Below, piece after piece: positions 63,316 through 64,000 of a DNA stretch of 64,000 nt (within the stretch, counting starts at the first letter, position 1; the number at the start of each line of letters is the position of its first letter). Location of the stretch: positions 29,406,871 to 29,470,870 of the forward strand of contig NC_092676.1 of the NCBI RefSeq assembly GCF_964355755.1. Direction: 5' to 3'. The translations under genes were made by a program, and so were the position numbers. The notes under the pieces were generated by a model. That model saw only the letters and a program-made list of their open reading frames with translations. It did not search any database and was not told the DNA's origin. Source of the stretch: Antedon mediterranea. Lineage: Eukaryota; Animalia; Echinodermata.

Positions 63316-64000
63316 TAAAGATTACATTACATAGACATTTAAATCATTTTTTTATAATTTGTTTAACAAAAAAATAGAAATAGCTGTTCTGTTTTGATAA
63401 GTTTTTGATAGTTTGTACATAATTTAAACTTATCCACATGTATCCAAAGAAACATTTCACATGTTTACCATAATATTTATGTTATACGTTTTTATGTTTC
63501 TGGTCCTATTTCACCCATTTTTATTTGAATAATATATTTTATGAAGTCTCCCACTGAGAAAAAATATCAAAAGCCAAACTATTTAACATTTCGTCAATAG
63601 AAGTTTTACGTGCAAGAACTCTGGGCCAAAAATATCCGTCTGCATTAAATTTTCGTTTCTTTTTTTTTGTTTGTTGAGCGCTCGTCCAATTGTGCTTTTA
63701 TTATGAAAAGAAAGTACATATTATATTAATTATTATTAATCGATTATCGTCGAATTGGCGAGAGAAGATGAGCTAACGATAGGCACGCCGAGAATAGGAA
63801 ACATCTCAATAAACCATTGTCTATACAGACAACCCGACATACCGTACCGACAGAACAGGGAATCAGTTATAGGAAACGCCTGAACACATCGAAAGTAATT
63901 ATGGAATAAGTTATTATGAAGAAAAGTAATCTGAAACTAATGAAGGCAAAATTTGATATGTCACGTCCGATGGTGATGACCCGTGCCTGAGGAGAAGGAA

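Overview
AT-rich, intron-rich animal genomic DNA, probably a marine invertebrate deuterostome (inference from protein similarity and repeat types). Four spliced or single-exon genes were reconstructed by eye. (1) The 3' part of CCDC81 (+, to 4337). (2) A complete DNAJB13 (-, 6 exons, 316 aa). (3) A complete CFAP47 (+, 50 exons, about 3283 aa), head-to-head with DNAJB13 across about 430 bp that contain RFX X-box-like motifs. (4) A class A GPCR with an intronless CDS and three altered activation motifs. There is also an orphan single-Ig-domain ORF. Introns hold two PIF/Harbinger-like MITE families, a tRNA-derived SINE, a CR1-type LINE 3' end and many minisatellites. I see no clearly new multi-gene system. 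The most unusual items are a tandemly amplified intron/exon junction giving decoy splice acceptors in CFAP47, a minisatellite built from the SINE Pol III A-box head, a MITE family sitting just downstream of splice donors, and an in-frame candidate cassette exon in CCDC81. Gene names rest on recalled protein similarity, not on a database search.
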